A stretch of 64,000 nt of DNA from the human T2T-CHM13v2.0 reference genome, Homo sapiens. The notes below the pieces were generated by a model. That model had not been told where the DNA came from, made no database searches, and saw only the letters and a program-made list of their open reading frames with translations. Both the position numbers and the translations under genes were made by a program. Where the stretch lies: assembly GCF_009914755.1 (NCBI RefSeq), contig NC_060938.1, one strand, 5' to 3'. Shown here piece by piece: positions 39,213 through 53,065 of this stretch (within the stretch, counting starts at the first letter, position 1; every line of letters begins with the position of its first letter).

Positions 39213-41991
39213 ATGTTTTAAAAAAAGAGCTTATAAAGCCAAATAAATTTTAAAATGTATATAACACAATGTGTAATATTATGAAGTGAAAAAGTAAAGT
39301 GCATAGCAATATGTTTAAGTAATTTCTGTTTGTGTATTTCAATAAGAGATTAAAAACATGTTTATATTTGAGTTGAATGAGTGAGAGGAGGAAAATAGAG
39401 ACCTCTAGTATTTTTTTTTAAGTTTTGGTATTGATTTGCTGTACCATATGCATTTGGTAAATTTATTATTTAAATTTTAAAAATTGAAATATCAAAGGAT
39501 TGTGTCAGTTTTAATGGGATTCTATGCAAGTCATTGTGGTAGATAAATACCAGACCAAGACATAAAATTGAGAGTGTTCAAAGCCTCTATCTGTTTTGAA
39601 AGGGAAATTAAGATACTGATGGTGGTTTTATTTTACTGTCAGATAAAAGTAACATTATATAAATTGTGAGAATGCATGATAATTAGGTAAAATTCAATAA
39701 GTTACTTTTGGAAATTTTCAGTTAAGTTAACTTGATGACAACTAAGCTGAGATTTAAATTTATAGCAAAGTATGTACTGTAAAGCTGTAGAGTCTAACTA
39801 GGATCTAGGCAAACTACAACTAATTTAAATAAGCGTATAGCATCATTGCCACTGTGTACATATATAATTTGAACACACATTTTTTTAAAGTAATCTACTT
39901 CTTCTAAGTTTCCATCATTTCCCTCAATATTTAAATTTTGCTACGACAAGTTTCCTTTTCCGTTTGGTCCAGTTACATCATTTTCCTTCTGAATTATTGT
40001 ATATTTCTTTCTTTTCAGATAAACTTGAAAACAAGATAATCATATTTACCTGAGACATTTTATTAACAGTTTCACTAAGATTGCAAAGATATTAAAAATT
40101 AAATGCAATTTAATTTATACTTGTCAAGTTGAAATATTTGACATGATTACTATATTACCTTTCTACAAATAAATATGGATTTAAAACCTTATTTAGACCT
40201 TCCTAAAGAGTTAACTAATAATGAAGTTAAAAATCTTTTAATTTTTTGGATAAAAAATTAATGGATAATTAAGTTTTATTTCTTGAAGGTTTTCACTAAT
40301 AACTTGAAGCATAATAAATGCAAAAATCCCAAAATTTTAAAATATTAATCATTAATCTGTAGAAAATCAAATAGAATGTATCCATAATACAAAGTTTTTT
40401 AGTTTTGAAATTGTTTATATTAGTGAAGAACAAAATACTTTTATATTTAAATACGGTTTCTCTAAACACGCACACCAATACATGTAATATGTGAGTTTTA
40501 GTGTTCTGAACTACAAAAGGCCCTATTTAGAAAAAAAAATACATATGTTAAAACATTAACTTGAAGTATAAATTTGCCATATCCAAATGTCAAATAACAT
40601 ATAGGCATGCTCATATGATAGAAAAAGAAGTTTTAAATTGAAATTCAGGTATTAGACATTATATATTATAAAAGGAAATTCTTATGGATTAATTTAATTA
40701 AATAAAAATACAATATCTAAACTGAAACTACATTTATAGAGGCTTCTATGTATAAAGTAACACCAAGCTTTTAATAAGTTCTAATAACTATTTTTAATTT
40801 AAGACAAAGAATTACAAGCATGCCTATCAATGACAGTAGGAAATATTACATATTAATTTTCAAAACAGAAACATTTTGTTCATTAAGTTATATTTGTATA
40901 ATTTTTCAGCAAATAATTGTCCTTTTGGGCATAGCCATGCATTTTCAAAAACTTTGTTTAATAGCTCAACAGATACTTATTACATGCTAGACATTAGGAT
41001 AGTTGGTAGAAATTTTAATAGTGTTACATTTTGCTATCTGCCCTTTGTAATGAAGTTTTATTTCTTTTGGATTTATGTTTAAATAACTAGTGTGTAAACT
41101 AATAAAATTTTGCCGTATTGTTTATGCCATATTTGAAACTAAACTTAAAGCACTGTTGATATACATGTACAATGGAACATAGTAGAAGTCAGAAGTAATT
41201 AAAAATGTTTTTCAGCTTAAGAAAAGAAATAAGGAATACCACTCTAACACAATCATTGTGAAAACATTTGTAATTTGCCTATAGTTAACTATTTATCATT
41301 TTAGTCCTCAATTATGCTATCCACTTGCAGGTTAAATGTCATAATCAAAGTTGTCAAATTCACTTAGTTATGTATAAATTGAAGATGATCTTCCAATTTA
41401 TATCTTTTCAAGTTAACATAGATTAAAATTAGTGAGTGGAAAAAGCATTATTTAAATATACAATAAATTTCAAAATATTTATCTGTCAAATTCAGATAGA
41501 TTTAAGGCACTAGTGTGATAAAACATGATTGCTTTAGATTTCATAGTCTTTAGTGAGAAAGAAATGACTTTTTTTCTAGATTTTATCTTTCTATAAAGAA
41601 GAAATTTTTATGTTTAGTTTCTGAATTACTCCAACCTGCCAACTAACAAGCAGTCCCAAACTAATGCCGCAGTAGAAACTCAAGCATTGTAAAGAGAAAA
41701 AACCTACTCAACACTGTAAATTCTTGTACAGAATAAGCTATGTGAACCAAAAAAATACTTTTCTTGAAGAGATGTTTGTGAATTTTATCAACTAGAAAGT
41801 GAAGAGTCTTAATTTTTGGAGTGAGGCCTCTCTGTTTAATCCAACGCAGTAAAACTGAGCAATGCAGTATTCCAAAAGCTCAGAGTGCTTCACAATCACA
41901 ATAATTATTGGTGGTAGATAAGTAGAATGAGGAGGAGATGGAAAGAAAAAAAGGGCACTAGAGAGGTATGGGTTAAAAACTCTAGGGCCCC

Positions 41992-42358
<367 letters not shown>

Positions 42359-43149
42359 CTAAACAGATCCCTCCTACAACGAATATTTCATTCCTAAAGT
42401 TTTGTGGATTCTTACTATGGAATGATAATATAAGGTAGGTCACATTCTTGGTTAAGACAATTGTAACTTTTTAAATCTTTCCACCTTTAGTTTTTCTTAA
42501 GTTAAAATGAGACAAAGCAAAGCTAAAGTTTATAGGCTGCCTACTACATGTCAGTTTTTGCAGCTTTCAGATGTTATCTCATTCCATTCCCTTCTTATAA
42601 GTCCACAATACAAATATCCATTCCACCTCTCTTTCTTTTCTTTTGGTGAGGAAACTTAGAGGTGAGTTCCTTTGTTAAAGGTCATACTTTTCAAAACGTG
42701 TTATGTGAATGTAATTCTACCTAATAACTCTTACTAGTGGCATATTTTAAAGAATATCTTTAATTGAACTTGTCTGATTTCTCATGGTGACTTATATTTT
42801 GTTAATATATCTTCTTATACATCTGTGTGGATTTGTAATTGAATTTATATAGAAATTTACCACACATCTGTTTATGTAATACATAAAGATATCTATTATG
42901 AATATATTTCATGCATATGTAAGATTCAGACCAATAGACTTTTATAAGGGACATGCCCTCTTGTCGGTTTGAAAGAATAATTTCACGTATTAAATTGTAT
43001 TATTTTGCTAGCCAAATTTAATTAGAATAAAAATTTACTATAATTTTATTTGTAGTTTCTCTTTTTTAAGTGGCCATGCTGCATTACTTCAACATATTAA
43101 AGTGAATAACATTAATAATAGTGAAGATTTAATTTTCAACATGCTTTCA

Positions 43150-43290
43150 AGGCAGGATCATTATTTCCATTTTACCAATTAGGTAAGTCAGGCTCAAAGG
43201 TTAAGTGTTTACATTACACAAGCTTGCTTCAGAGGAAAGTTTATACCCAAGAAACCAAATTATTAGCTACTTCCCCTCTTCACTACTGCA
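43150..43290 (-). mobile_element. MIR fragment
   Basis: ATTATTTCCATTTTAC.AAT.AGG.AA.T.AGGCTCA.AGGTTAAGTG core. Confidence 0.55.
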
Positions 43291-44624
43291 TGATTTGAAA
43301 GCCATTTTTGAAGAAATATATTACATAATACTCAATGCATGTATTACTTATTTTTAGTTGACTCCGAAGTATTTTGTTCAGAGTGATCATTTTAGGGAAC
43401 AGGTTTTCAGCATATGTCAACATAAAAGATGATGGTGACATAAATAATTATGATAGATTGTCTACATATTTGATCTGAATTTAGGTTTCATAAAACCTCA
43501 TCTTCTTGCTATTATATTTAGGGAATTGTTTAAATTGCTTGCAGTATGAGCTAGCTATTTGTAACCAGCTGTCTTCCTAGTTGTTGATAAAGATAAATCA
43601 CTCTACCATTTTATGTGCCTTCCTTTCTACCCCCACCTTACTCTTCCTCTGCAACCAAACACATCACAGACCTGTCATTATTAGTGATAATCAGTTTTAG
43701 GCAACTTTAATACACTGGTCTCTTATGTTATCCTTTATTAAAATTGTATATATTGTTAAGTATCTTTTATTTTTCTGGCATTTTCAAACTATCATTTATA
43801 TTTTCTATCCTCAAAATTTTGCTGGACAAACCTACTCTATTTCTTCTATCCTTTAGATCCCCTTCTCTTTCATCGTAGGTCAAGCCTCTTTCTCAGATAT
43901 GGATCCAGTAACTGGCAATAAGGTAACTCTTTTACTCATCATCTTTCTATGATTTTATAATTTGACAGTACTTGAAAACAGTAGCATTTATGATACAACA
44001 ATAGACACTAATTATTTATTTCTTCTATCTAATTTATTTAAATCATCAATATACTAGATACACATTTTATTCTTTATTACTACTCCCATTAATCTAGACT
44101 GGATGTTAATCTCTTTCTGACTAAGTGTTTTAGGAGCATTAGAGGTACTTAACCTGACATTGTCTTTCTTCCCAATAATTGCACATATTCTGGTTGATTA
44201 TCTCTTCTCACAAGTTGCTTTTCTCAAACATATTCAAAACATAATGATGTGAACTTTTCAGTGAGTTTAGTAGAAATCAATCTACGGAGATGTCAATGCA
44301 CTCCGTAATCTGAGTCTAGTCTACTTATCTGCAATATTTCAAACTTGTCCCTAGTGTTAGCAATTTACAGTAAATCCTTGTCAGTAGACTGTTGTATTCA
44401 TGCTTACTGATATTTTACTACTTAAAACAATGTTATTATCATATAATATATGTACTTATATGCTTATGTGCATTATTCTTATCTCCAAATTAGTCATACG
44501 TCATTAAAGATAGACATCACAAATCTTAGATCACACTATATAACAGTATTTTAATGCTTCCTTCAATAGACTAATGATTGACCAAAAGAAATAACTTCAA
44601 ATTATTGACATTACTATTACTGTT

Positions 44625-44880
44625 GTTATTGTTGTTATTCCAAATATTGAAAATGTATTGTGAACATAAAATATGTAAATGTAAATTACTATGCATTCTC
44701 TTAATATAGCTCCATTACAATATTGTGAAGGAGGTATTATTAAAATATTAAAAAATGAAAAAGCAGAGGCTTATGGAAAGGACAGAAATTCTCAAAAGTT
44801 ACATAGCTAACTAAGTGCCAGATTCATAGCTCAGATTCAGTTTTATGTAGCTACTAAACCCACACCCTTAACCACCATGT
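44625..44880 (-). mobile_element. MIR
   Basis: GGTATTATTA...AAATGAAAAAGCAGAGGCTT...AAGTTACATAGCTAA.TAAGTG...CTTAACCACCATG. Confidence 0.7.
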
Positions 44881-45589
44881 TGTGGTGGCCATGATGCCGA
44901 GTGATAAAACCAGAGAATTTTAACTGAAATAATTTTTTGTGTGAATTATTTACATACATTTTAAAAGATGAAGGAGTTCCAGTATCTACAGGAAAAGTCT
45001 AAATCTACAAAACATTGCTCAGTCTATAGTCTTCTCTTTTTTCATGTGACCCACTTTTCCTTGCTATTATCATTTACAGATCCCCCGCCAAGATGTTCTA
45101 CTCTTTACTATTATGACAGTCTCCCTTCCTGAAATTTCAGACCAATAAACAATTATCAACACAAATAAAAATAATAATAGGCACAAATAAACACATATTA
45201 CCTTTAATATATCAATAAATTATATTTAATATTTTAAAATAGCCATTTAATAAGTGATATTAAAAGTTTTATACATGCAACTACATGGGTAGTTGTTGAA
45301 GGCTGTTAAGCAACAACACTTTTTAAGTGGGATCCATTGATAAAAAATCCAAGTAGGACATTTTTAAGGCCCACCAATTCCATTTCACTTCTCTACAAAA
45401 ATCTTTTTTACCACACAGATTCAGGCAGGAGCTCTTCCACAGTTCCTGTGAGGTATTTCTTCCAGGAGAAAACTAGACTACAGAATTTAGTAGAGAAAAT
45501 TAAAATCCCTTAATTTTAATTTTAATTGAGAACCCTTTCTCTAAAATCCCTTTAGAGAAAATTAAAATCCCTTTTGCTGCAATTGGTCT

Positions 45590-46310
45590 CAGGACCATTT
45601 ACATATGGCTGGCTTCTCCATGATCCACTTGAAATGTTCCTTACTCTCTGCTCAGCAGGTATTGATGGTTTAGATAGTGGTATGACCTAAACACTCATTT
45701 CTAAAGGGCTTGACACTTTGGTAATGATCTGATAATTTCAAACTAAGTTTCCCCTATGCGTACATTCATAGTTAAAATTACACGGAGGAACATCAAGTGT
45801 CTGAATGAAATTTGCTGGATTCCACACACTTTCCCTTCATTCCTCTTTTGTAAAAACAACTACATGCTTCTGCTGATCAGAGTCAATTATCTTCATCAAA
45901 ATCTTGGCTCTTCTTATAAATACTGGTCCCTGGGCATGAGTACAATATGCCCACATGGTAATATGGCTTGAAATTAAATAGTGTACCTCTTGTGTCCACT
46001 GACAAGCATGTACTTACATTAGAGATCAGAACTTCCAACTTTGCAGTTTCTAGTAAGTGATTGGGAATTTCTCCTTTTGGTTTCCAGACACAGTTATTCT
46101 TTCTATAGTCCATGTGCAGCACAAAAGTGCATATATTACAGCTATTGTATTTTGAAAGATGGAAACCATCTTTTCAGAGGATTTTCCCTTTAGGTGTCAT
46201 TTCAAACCTGTTTTGTATAGGTGTTTCCATTGCTATAACAGGCGGACTTATTCTGGATGACCAGTGGATCCTGTGGTAATGGACCCATTTCCAAACCTCC
46301 TTTCCTCTAA
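45590..46310 (-). mobile_element. ERVL/MaLR internal remnant (integrase region)
   Basis: Antisense translation near 46250-46310 gives GKEVWKWVHYHRIHWS, resembling ERVL integrase AKEVxQWAHxHGIHWS. Confidence 0.55.
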
Positions 46311-46319
46311 TGTCAGTCT

Positions 46320-46990
46320 TCTGGTCAAACCCTATACCATGTAATATTTACTCCCATCAACTCCTGGCAACAACCAATCTTTTTACTCTCACCACAGTTT
46401 TACGTTTCCAGAATGTTATATGTTTGAATACATTGGCTTTTCAGACTGACTTCTTTCACTTAGCAATATACATAGAAGCTTTCTCTATGACTTTTCATAG
46501 CTTAATAAATAATTTATTTTAAGTGCTGAATAATATTTCATTGTCTGGAAGTACCAGAGTTTACTTATCCATTGAACTGCTGAAGGGCATCTTGGTTGCT
46601 TCCAGGTTTGGGCAATGAATAAAGTGGCAATATACATCAGGTTGAAGATTCTTGTGGGGACATATGTTTTTAACCTCTTTGGGAAAAAAAAATGATGAGT
46701 GCTGTTGCTAGATCATATGGTAGGTGTATGCTTACTTTTGGAAGAAGCCCCCAAACTGTCTTCTAAAGTGGCCGTACCATTTTATATTCCCATTAGCAAT
46801 GAATGAGAGTTCTTGATGCTTCCATCTTCAACAGCATTTAGTGTCATTGTTCTAGATATTGGCCATTCAAGTCAATGTGTATCTCATTGCTGTTTTAATT
46901 TGCATTTCCCTGATGACATATGAGGTAGATTATCTTTTTATATGTTGATTTACCATCTGCATATATTCTTTGGTGAGGTGTCTAGCATTT
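46320..46990 (-). mobile_element. L1MC 3' fragment
   Basis: CCTGGCAAC.ACCAATCTTTTTACT, CTTTTCAGACTGACTTCTTTCACTTAGCAAT, CTGAAGGGCATCTTGGTTGCTTCCA. Confidence 0.85.
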
Positions 46991-48464
46991 ATCTTTTTTT
47001 TTTAATCCCATCCTATTGCATTGTGCTCAGGCTTGTTTTCCCACTGCAATCCACAATTCATGGTTTTTATTTTTTTAGTTTTGAAAATCCACAAAATTTT
47101 AGTAAAAATTTTCCTCTTTTTTGTGTCAAACTTAGCTCCTCAGACATTGCCTAACCTTTCGTTTTTTACACACTACCAAAAATTAATATTATGTTAATGT
47201 TAAATTTATATTAAAAATTAATATGTTAATTATGATAAAAATATATTGATATGTTAATTATTAATAATAAAAATATGTCAATATTATGTTTTGCTAAACC
47301 AAATATATCGAAATAATAATGCATTTCTGATGTTTGGAAAATTGTTCTATTTTTCTCTTAGGTAAATTTTGATCTAAACATTAGAGAATGCATCTTTTCC
47401 ATGGAAACAAAATACAAACAGTAGTATTTTATTCTTGACCAGTTCAAAACATATTGTATGAAAAAAGTTTTCTTCCCCATTAAGCTTGTGTTTGATTATT
47501 TTGTATTTCTTCTTCAACATATTTTAATATAAGTAAAAGTGTCTCATTGTTCTTTCTATACTAGAAAATTTTAAGCTTGTTGAAGATGTTGGTTTATCCC
47601 AGATTAGAAGAAAACCAAAATGTATACGCAAGCTCTGTGAGAAAAGAACATAAGCTGACTATTAACCATTGTTGTTATTATTCCTGTTACCAAATGTAAT
47701 GCAACTTATTAAATATTAGTTTTTATGTTCTTAGGACATAAAAACACTCATAGAAGAAAAATAATTGTAATATTAATTGGGAGGGCACCCAACATCTATT
47801 TATTTAGTGAAGTTTAATAGTAAAAGCATAAACTTACTTGAGGAATGAACCACTCTACTAGACAATTGTGGTAACAGAGCTTGTGTTTCATCACATCAAT
47901 ATGCTAATTGTTTAGCCTTCCCACTCAGAATACTCTTGACTGATTTATTTAGTAAAAAAAAAAAAAAAAAAAAATAGTGAAAGAGATAACCTTAAGCCAC
48001 CTGCTTCACACCAAGGAGATCTAGGATGATCAGATTCAGTGAAGTGAAAATATTAAATATAAGACGTAAGCAAAAAAAAATTCAAAATTTTAGAAAACAC
48101 TGTCAACTATTTACACAGAAAGGTTGTTCTATTGAGAAGGCATATGTTAGGCATGAAACAAATTGAAGTAATGGATTTATCTGGAAATAACAAAGATATC
48201 TATAAACAATATTTCTGAGATAGTCACAAAAGCAGCAGCTACACAGAAGATGGAGCTAATATGAGCTTACTAAATAGTAGAAAAGAGCAAGATCAGCAGA
48301 AATGAAGAAAAGGGCTGATTCCTAAATGGTAAAATAAAATTGAAGAAAAGAGTGAGAAAATCCTGAAATAAACGGAAGGATCATGACATATAATGTAGTA
48401 AACTCTAAGGTAGTAAAATATGATTACTACCTCACATACAAGGTAGCAATCATATTTTTAAAGT

Positions 48465-50613
48465 ATTATTTTATTATTTTTTTCTTAAATATTTGATTCA
48501 AAGGGTACATGTGCAGGTTTGTTACATGGATATATCGTGTGATGCTTAGGCTTCAACTGAAACCATCACCCAAACAGTGAAAATAGTATCCAATAGGTAG
48601 TTTTTCAACCCTTGACCTTCTTCTTCCCTTCCCCATTTCTGGGTCCCCAGTGTCTATTATTCCCATCTTTATGTCTGTGTGTACCTAATGTTTAGCCCTC
48701 AACTATAAGTCAGAACATGCAGCATTTGGTTTTCTGTCTCTATGTTAATTTACTTAGAATAACGGCCTCTAGCTGCATCTACATTGCTGCAAAGGACATG
48801 ATTTCATTCTCTTTATAGCTCCATAGTACTCCATGGTGTTTTTGTATCACATTTCCTTCATCCAGTCCACCATCGGTAGGCACCTAAGTAGATTTCATGT
48901 TTTTGCTGTGGTGAATAGTGCTGAAATAAACATGTGAGCACAGATGCCTTTTTGGTAGAATGATTTGTTTTCCTTTGGGTATATATCCAGTAATGGGATT
49001 GCTGGATAAAATGATAATACTATTTTTAGTTCTTTGGCAAATCTCCAAATAATTTTCCACAGGAGCTGAACTAAATTACAATCCCACCAGCAGTATATGA
49101 ACATTTCCTTTCTCTGCAACCTTGCCAACATGTGTGTTTGTTTGTTTTTTGACTTTTTCATATTAGCCATTCTAAATGGTGTGAGGTAATATCTCATTGT
49201 GGTTTTGATTTGCATTTGCGATGATTAGTGATGTTGAGCACTTTTTCATAAGTTTTTTGTCTGCTTGTATGTCTTCTTTTGAGAAGTGTCTGTTCATGTC
49301 TTTGCCTACTTTTTAATGGTGTTGCTTTCTGCTTCTTAATGTTTTTTAAGTTCCTTATAGCTTCTGGATATTAGACCTTTGTCAGATGCATAATTTATGA
49401 ATATTTTTTCCCATTCTATAGGTCGTCTATTTACTCTGTTGGTGGTTTATTTTGCTGTGCAGCAAAATAATTAAGTCCCATTTATTTATGTTTGTTTTTG
49501 TTGTGTTTGCTTTTGGGATCTTAGTCACAATGTCTAGAAAAGTGTTTCCTAGGTTTTCTTCTAGGATAGTTGTAGCTTCAGGTCTTAGCTTTAAGTCTTT
49601 AATCCATCCTGAGTTAATTTTTGTATACAGTAAGAGATAGGAATCCAGTTTCATTCTTCCACATGTCACTATACAACATTCCTAGCACCACTAATTGAAT
49701 AGAGTTTCCTTTCTCCAATTTATATTTTTGTATGTTTTGCCAAAGATCAGTTGGTTGTAAGTATTTGGACTTATTTCTGTGTTCTCTATTCTATTCCATT
49801 GGTCTATATATCTATTTTTATGCCAGTATCATGTTGTTTTGATTACTTTATAGCCTTGCAGTATAATTTGAAGTCAGGTAATGTGGTGTCTCCAGATTTG
49901 TTCTGTTTGCTTAGGATTGCTTTGGCTATTTGGGCTCTTTTTTTGCTTTCATATGAATTTTAAGATTGTCTTTTCTTATATTGTGAAAAATGATGTTGGT
50001 ATTCTGATAGAAATTGCATCCAAGCTCTACATTACTTTGGGAAGTTTGGCCATTTTCACATTATTGATTCTTCTAATCTATAAGTACCTCAAAATAATAA
50101 AAGCAATATATGATATTTCACAGCCAACCTCATACTAAGCAAGGAAAAGCTGAAAGCATTCCCTCTAAGAAGTGGAACAAGGTAAGGATATCTTATTTCA
50201 CCACTTCTATTCAACATAACTATTGAAAGTCCTAATAAGAGCATTCAGGCAAGAGAAAAACAAAATAAAGAACATCTAACTTGAAAAAAAGGAAGTCAAA
50301 TGATCTCTGTATGCTGATGATATGATCTTATACCTAGAAAACCCTATGGACTTCCAAATACTCCTGGATCTGATAAATTAATCAGTTAAATCTCAGGTCA
50401 CAAAATCAATGTTACACAAATTAGTATTGCTGCTATACACCAAAGACAACCAAGTTTAGAATCAAATCAAGAACTCATTCCTTTCCAAATAGCTACAAAA
50501 TAATAAAACATCTAGGAATGCACTTAATGAAGGAGGTAAAAAGTCTCTACAAGGAGAACTACAAAACACTGCTGAAAGACATCAAAGATGACACAAACAA
50601 ATGGAAATATATC
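48465..50613 (-). mobile_element. L1 (PA16/PB-like) with 5' inversion (antisense 48465-50082; inverted ORF2 piece 50084-50613 on +)
   Basis: Antisense L1 to TTGATTCTTCTAATC, then sense TACCTCAAAATAATAAAAGC...ACAAACAAATGGAAATATATC; the pieces are adjacent in the consensus. Confidence 0.85.
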
Positions 50614-50650
50614 TTTTGGTGGCGTCTTCAGGGTTTTCATATTACCATAT

Positions 50651-51462
50651 TGAGAGGTGAAGCCAGGTGGACTTCCTGGGTTGAGTGGGAACTTGGAGAA
50701 CTTTTCTGTCTAGCTAAAGGTTTGTAAACGTACCCATCAGCACTCTGTAAAAACGCACCAATTAGCATTCTGTGTCCAGCTAAAGGTTTGTAAATGCACC
50801 AATCAGCACTCTGTAAAAATGCACCAATCAGCCCTCCGTGTCTAGCTAAAGGTTTGTAAACACACCAATCAGCGCTCTGTGTCTAGCTAAAGGTTTGTAA
50901 ACGCACCAATCAGCACTCTGTAAAAACAGAACAATCAGTACTCTGTAAAATGGAACAATCAGCCCTCTGTAAAATGGACCAATCAGCAGGATGTGGGCAG
51001 GGCCAAATAAGGGAATAAAAGCTGGCCACTCAAGATCCAGCAGCAGCCGGATCCCCTTCCATGCTGTGGAAGCTTTGTTCTTTCACTCTTCACAATAAAT
51101 CTTGCTGCTGCTCACTCTGGTTCCGCACTACCTTTATGAGCTGTAACACTCACTACGAGGGTCTGCGGCTTCATTCCTGAAGTCAGCGAGACCACGAACC
51201 CACCAGGAGGAACAAACAACTCCAGACGCGCCACCTTTAAGAGGTGTAACACTCACGGAGAAGGTCTGTGGCTTCACTCCTGAAGTCAGCAAGACCATGA
51301 ACCCACCAGAAGGAAGAAACTCCAGACACATCTGAACATCTGAAGGAACAAACTCCAGACACACCATCTTTAAGAACTGTAACACTCACTGTGGGGTCCG
51401 CGCCTTCATTCTTGAAGTCAGTGAGACCAAGAACCCACCGGAAGGAACCAATTCAGGACACA
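50651..51462 (+). mobile_element. LTR12 (ERV9) solo LTR
   Basis: TGAGAGGTGAAGCCAG start, tandem CTAGCTAAAGGTTTGTAAA.GCACCAATCAGC repeats, U5 repeats GTAACACTCAC..., end GGACACA. Confidence 0.93.
50705..51020 (+). promoter_or_regulatory. LTR12 U3 enhancer/promoter: tandem CCAAT (NF-Y) boxes plus AATAAA TATA-equivalent
   Basis: Repeated CACCAATCAG motifs and GGAATAAAAG at about 51012-51021; this is the known ERV9 LTR architecture, but activity at this copy is not shown. Confidence 0.6.
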
Positions 51463-51608
51463 CTTCCATGCTGCGGAAGCTTTGTCCTTTCACTTTGCTC
51501 AATAAAGCCTACAGCTTTTTCTCTCTCTCAGTTCGTCTCTATCACTCAATGCAGTCAGAGGCCACACCAGTTCTTTAGCATGGCTAGGCAAGAACCTTAG
51601 GCGTTACA
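51463..51608 (+). mobile_element. R/U5 end of a second LTR (LTR30-like), fused directly to the LTR12
   Basis: CTTCCATGCTGCGGAAGCTTTG..CTCAATAAAGCCTACAGC...GGCTAGGCAAGAACCTTAGGCGTTACA. Confidence 0.7.
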
Positions 51609-52036
51609 ATGGTATAAACTTCTTTTTATATATGTATGTACATGTATATGTATATCTATATAGTCATTTATGTTCATATATTAACATAGAGCATTTATAT
51701 CTGTAGTAGATTTATATTTTTCATAATCATAGAGAAAATTGTCAAAAGGTGAATAAATGTTAATTTGTGTAGTAAAAAACATTGAAGGAAAAGACTATTT
51801 TTAACTTTTTCTCATGTTTCTGTATTATTTTACCATAAAGCATATGACTTGTACTTGCAATATAAAATTAAATAAAAAGTAATAAGAAAATGTTTGCTTT
51901 TTATATATAAGTTCATTTTAAATGAGGATGTCAGAAAACCTTACAATTTTTTTTTTATAGTCAGACTACTTTACTCTGTTACTTAGTTAAAGGCTATTCT
52001 TCTCCCTTGATAATTCCCCCATTAATTTTATATGTT

Positions 52037-52338
<302 letters not shown>

Positions 52339-52949
52339 TTACTGTGAATGTGTTGTACATGTGAAAATGATGGAACAGAAACAGGATTGAAAAAGTTCTA
52401 GATTTTTATTAACTTACAATTTGTTTTGAATGAAGCCTGTTTTCATAAGGGTTTATTAAGTTTAAGAATGTACCATTTTGCATTACCAATGAGGGTATAC
52501 TATTTGCATTATTTTATCTACATGATAGAATCAGATAAGAAATTATATTTAGACATTAACTCATATAAACAACATTATTATGTAATTGAACTTCAGATAA
52601 ATTGTTAACTGAAATGTACATCTGCATGGTACCTGAGAGAATTATCTTTATATAGATTATTTTCTTTTGCTTCAAAAAATATTAATCATTTTATATTTTG
52701 GTTAATTTTAAAAAATATTTAATAAAATAGAAAATGATTCCTATCCTGACATGATATTTCATTAGAGACATGAGTCTTCAAAATGATTATTTAAGATTTC
52801 TTCCCTCATACCAACCTTATTGTTGGTAGTACTAGGTTTATGCCAATTAGTTTATATTTCCCTCAGATTATATATTGCTTTTAGTCCAGCAATGTATAAA
52901 TTCTATTTTTTTTCCAAAAATAATTGTTGGGTCTTCAAAGTAAGGCCTA

Positions 52950-53065
52950 TTCTCTCTCTCTTCCCCTTTCTCCCTCCTTCCCTACTTTTCTCCCTTCCTT
53001 CCTTCCGTCCATCCATCCATCCATCCATCCTTCCTTTCTTTCTTCCATCTTCTTTGTTTCCTTTC
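52950..53065. repeat. (TTCC)n/(CATC)n pyrimidine-rich simple repeat
   Basis: CCTTCCTTCCTTCCGTCCATCCATCCATCCATCC. Confidence 0.85.

Noticed and set aside
50705-50990. CRISPR-like repeat array
   Set aside because: These are the known LTR12 U3 tandem CCAAT repeats in eukaryotic DNA; no unique spacers or cas genes.
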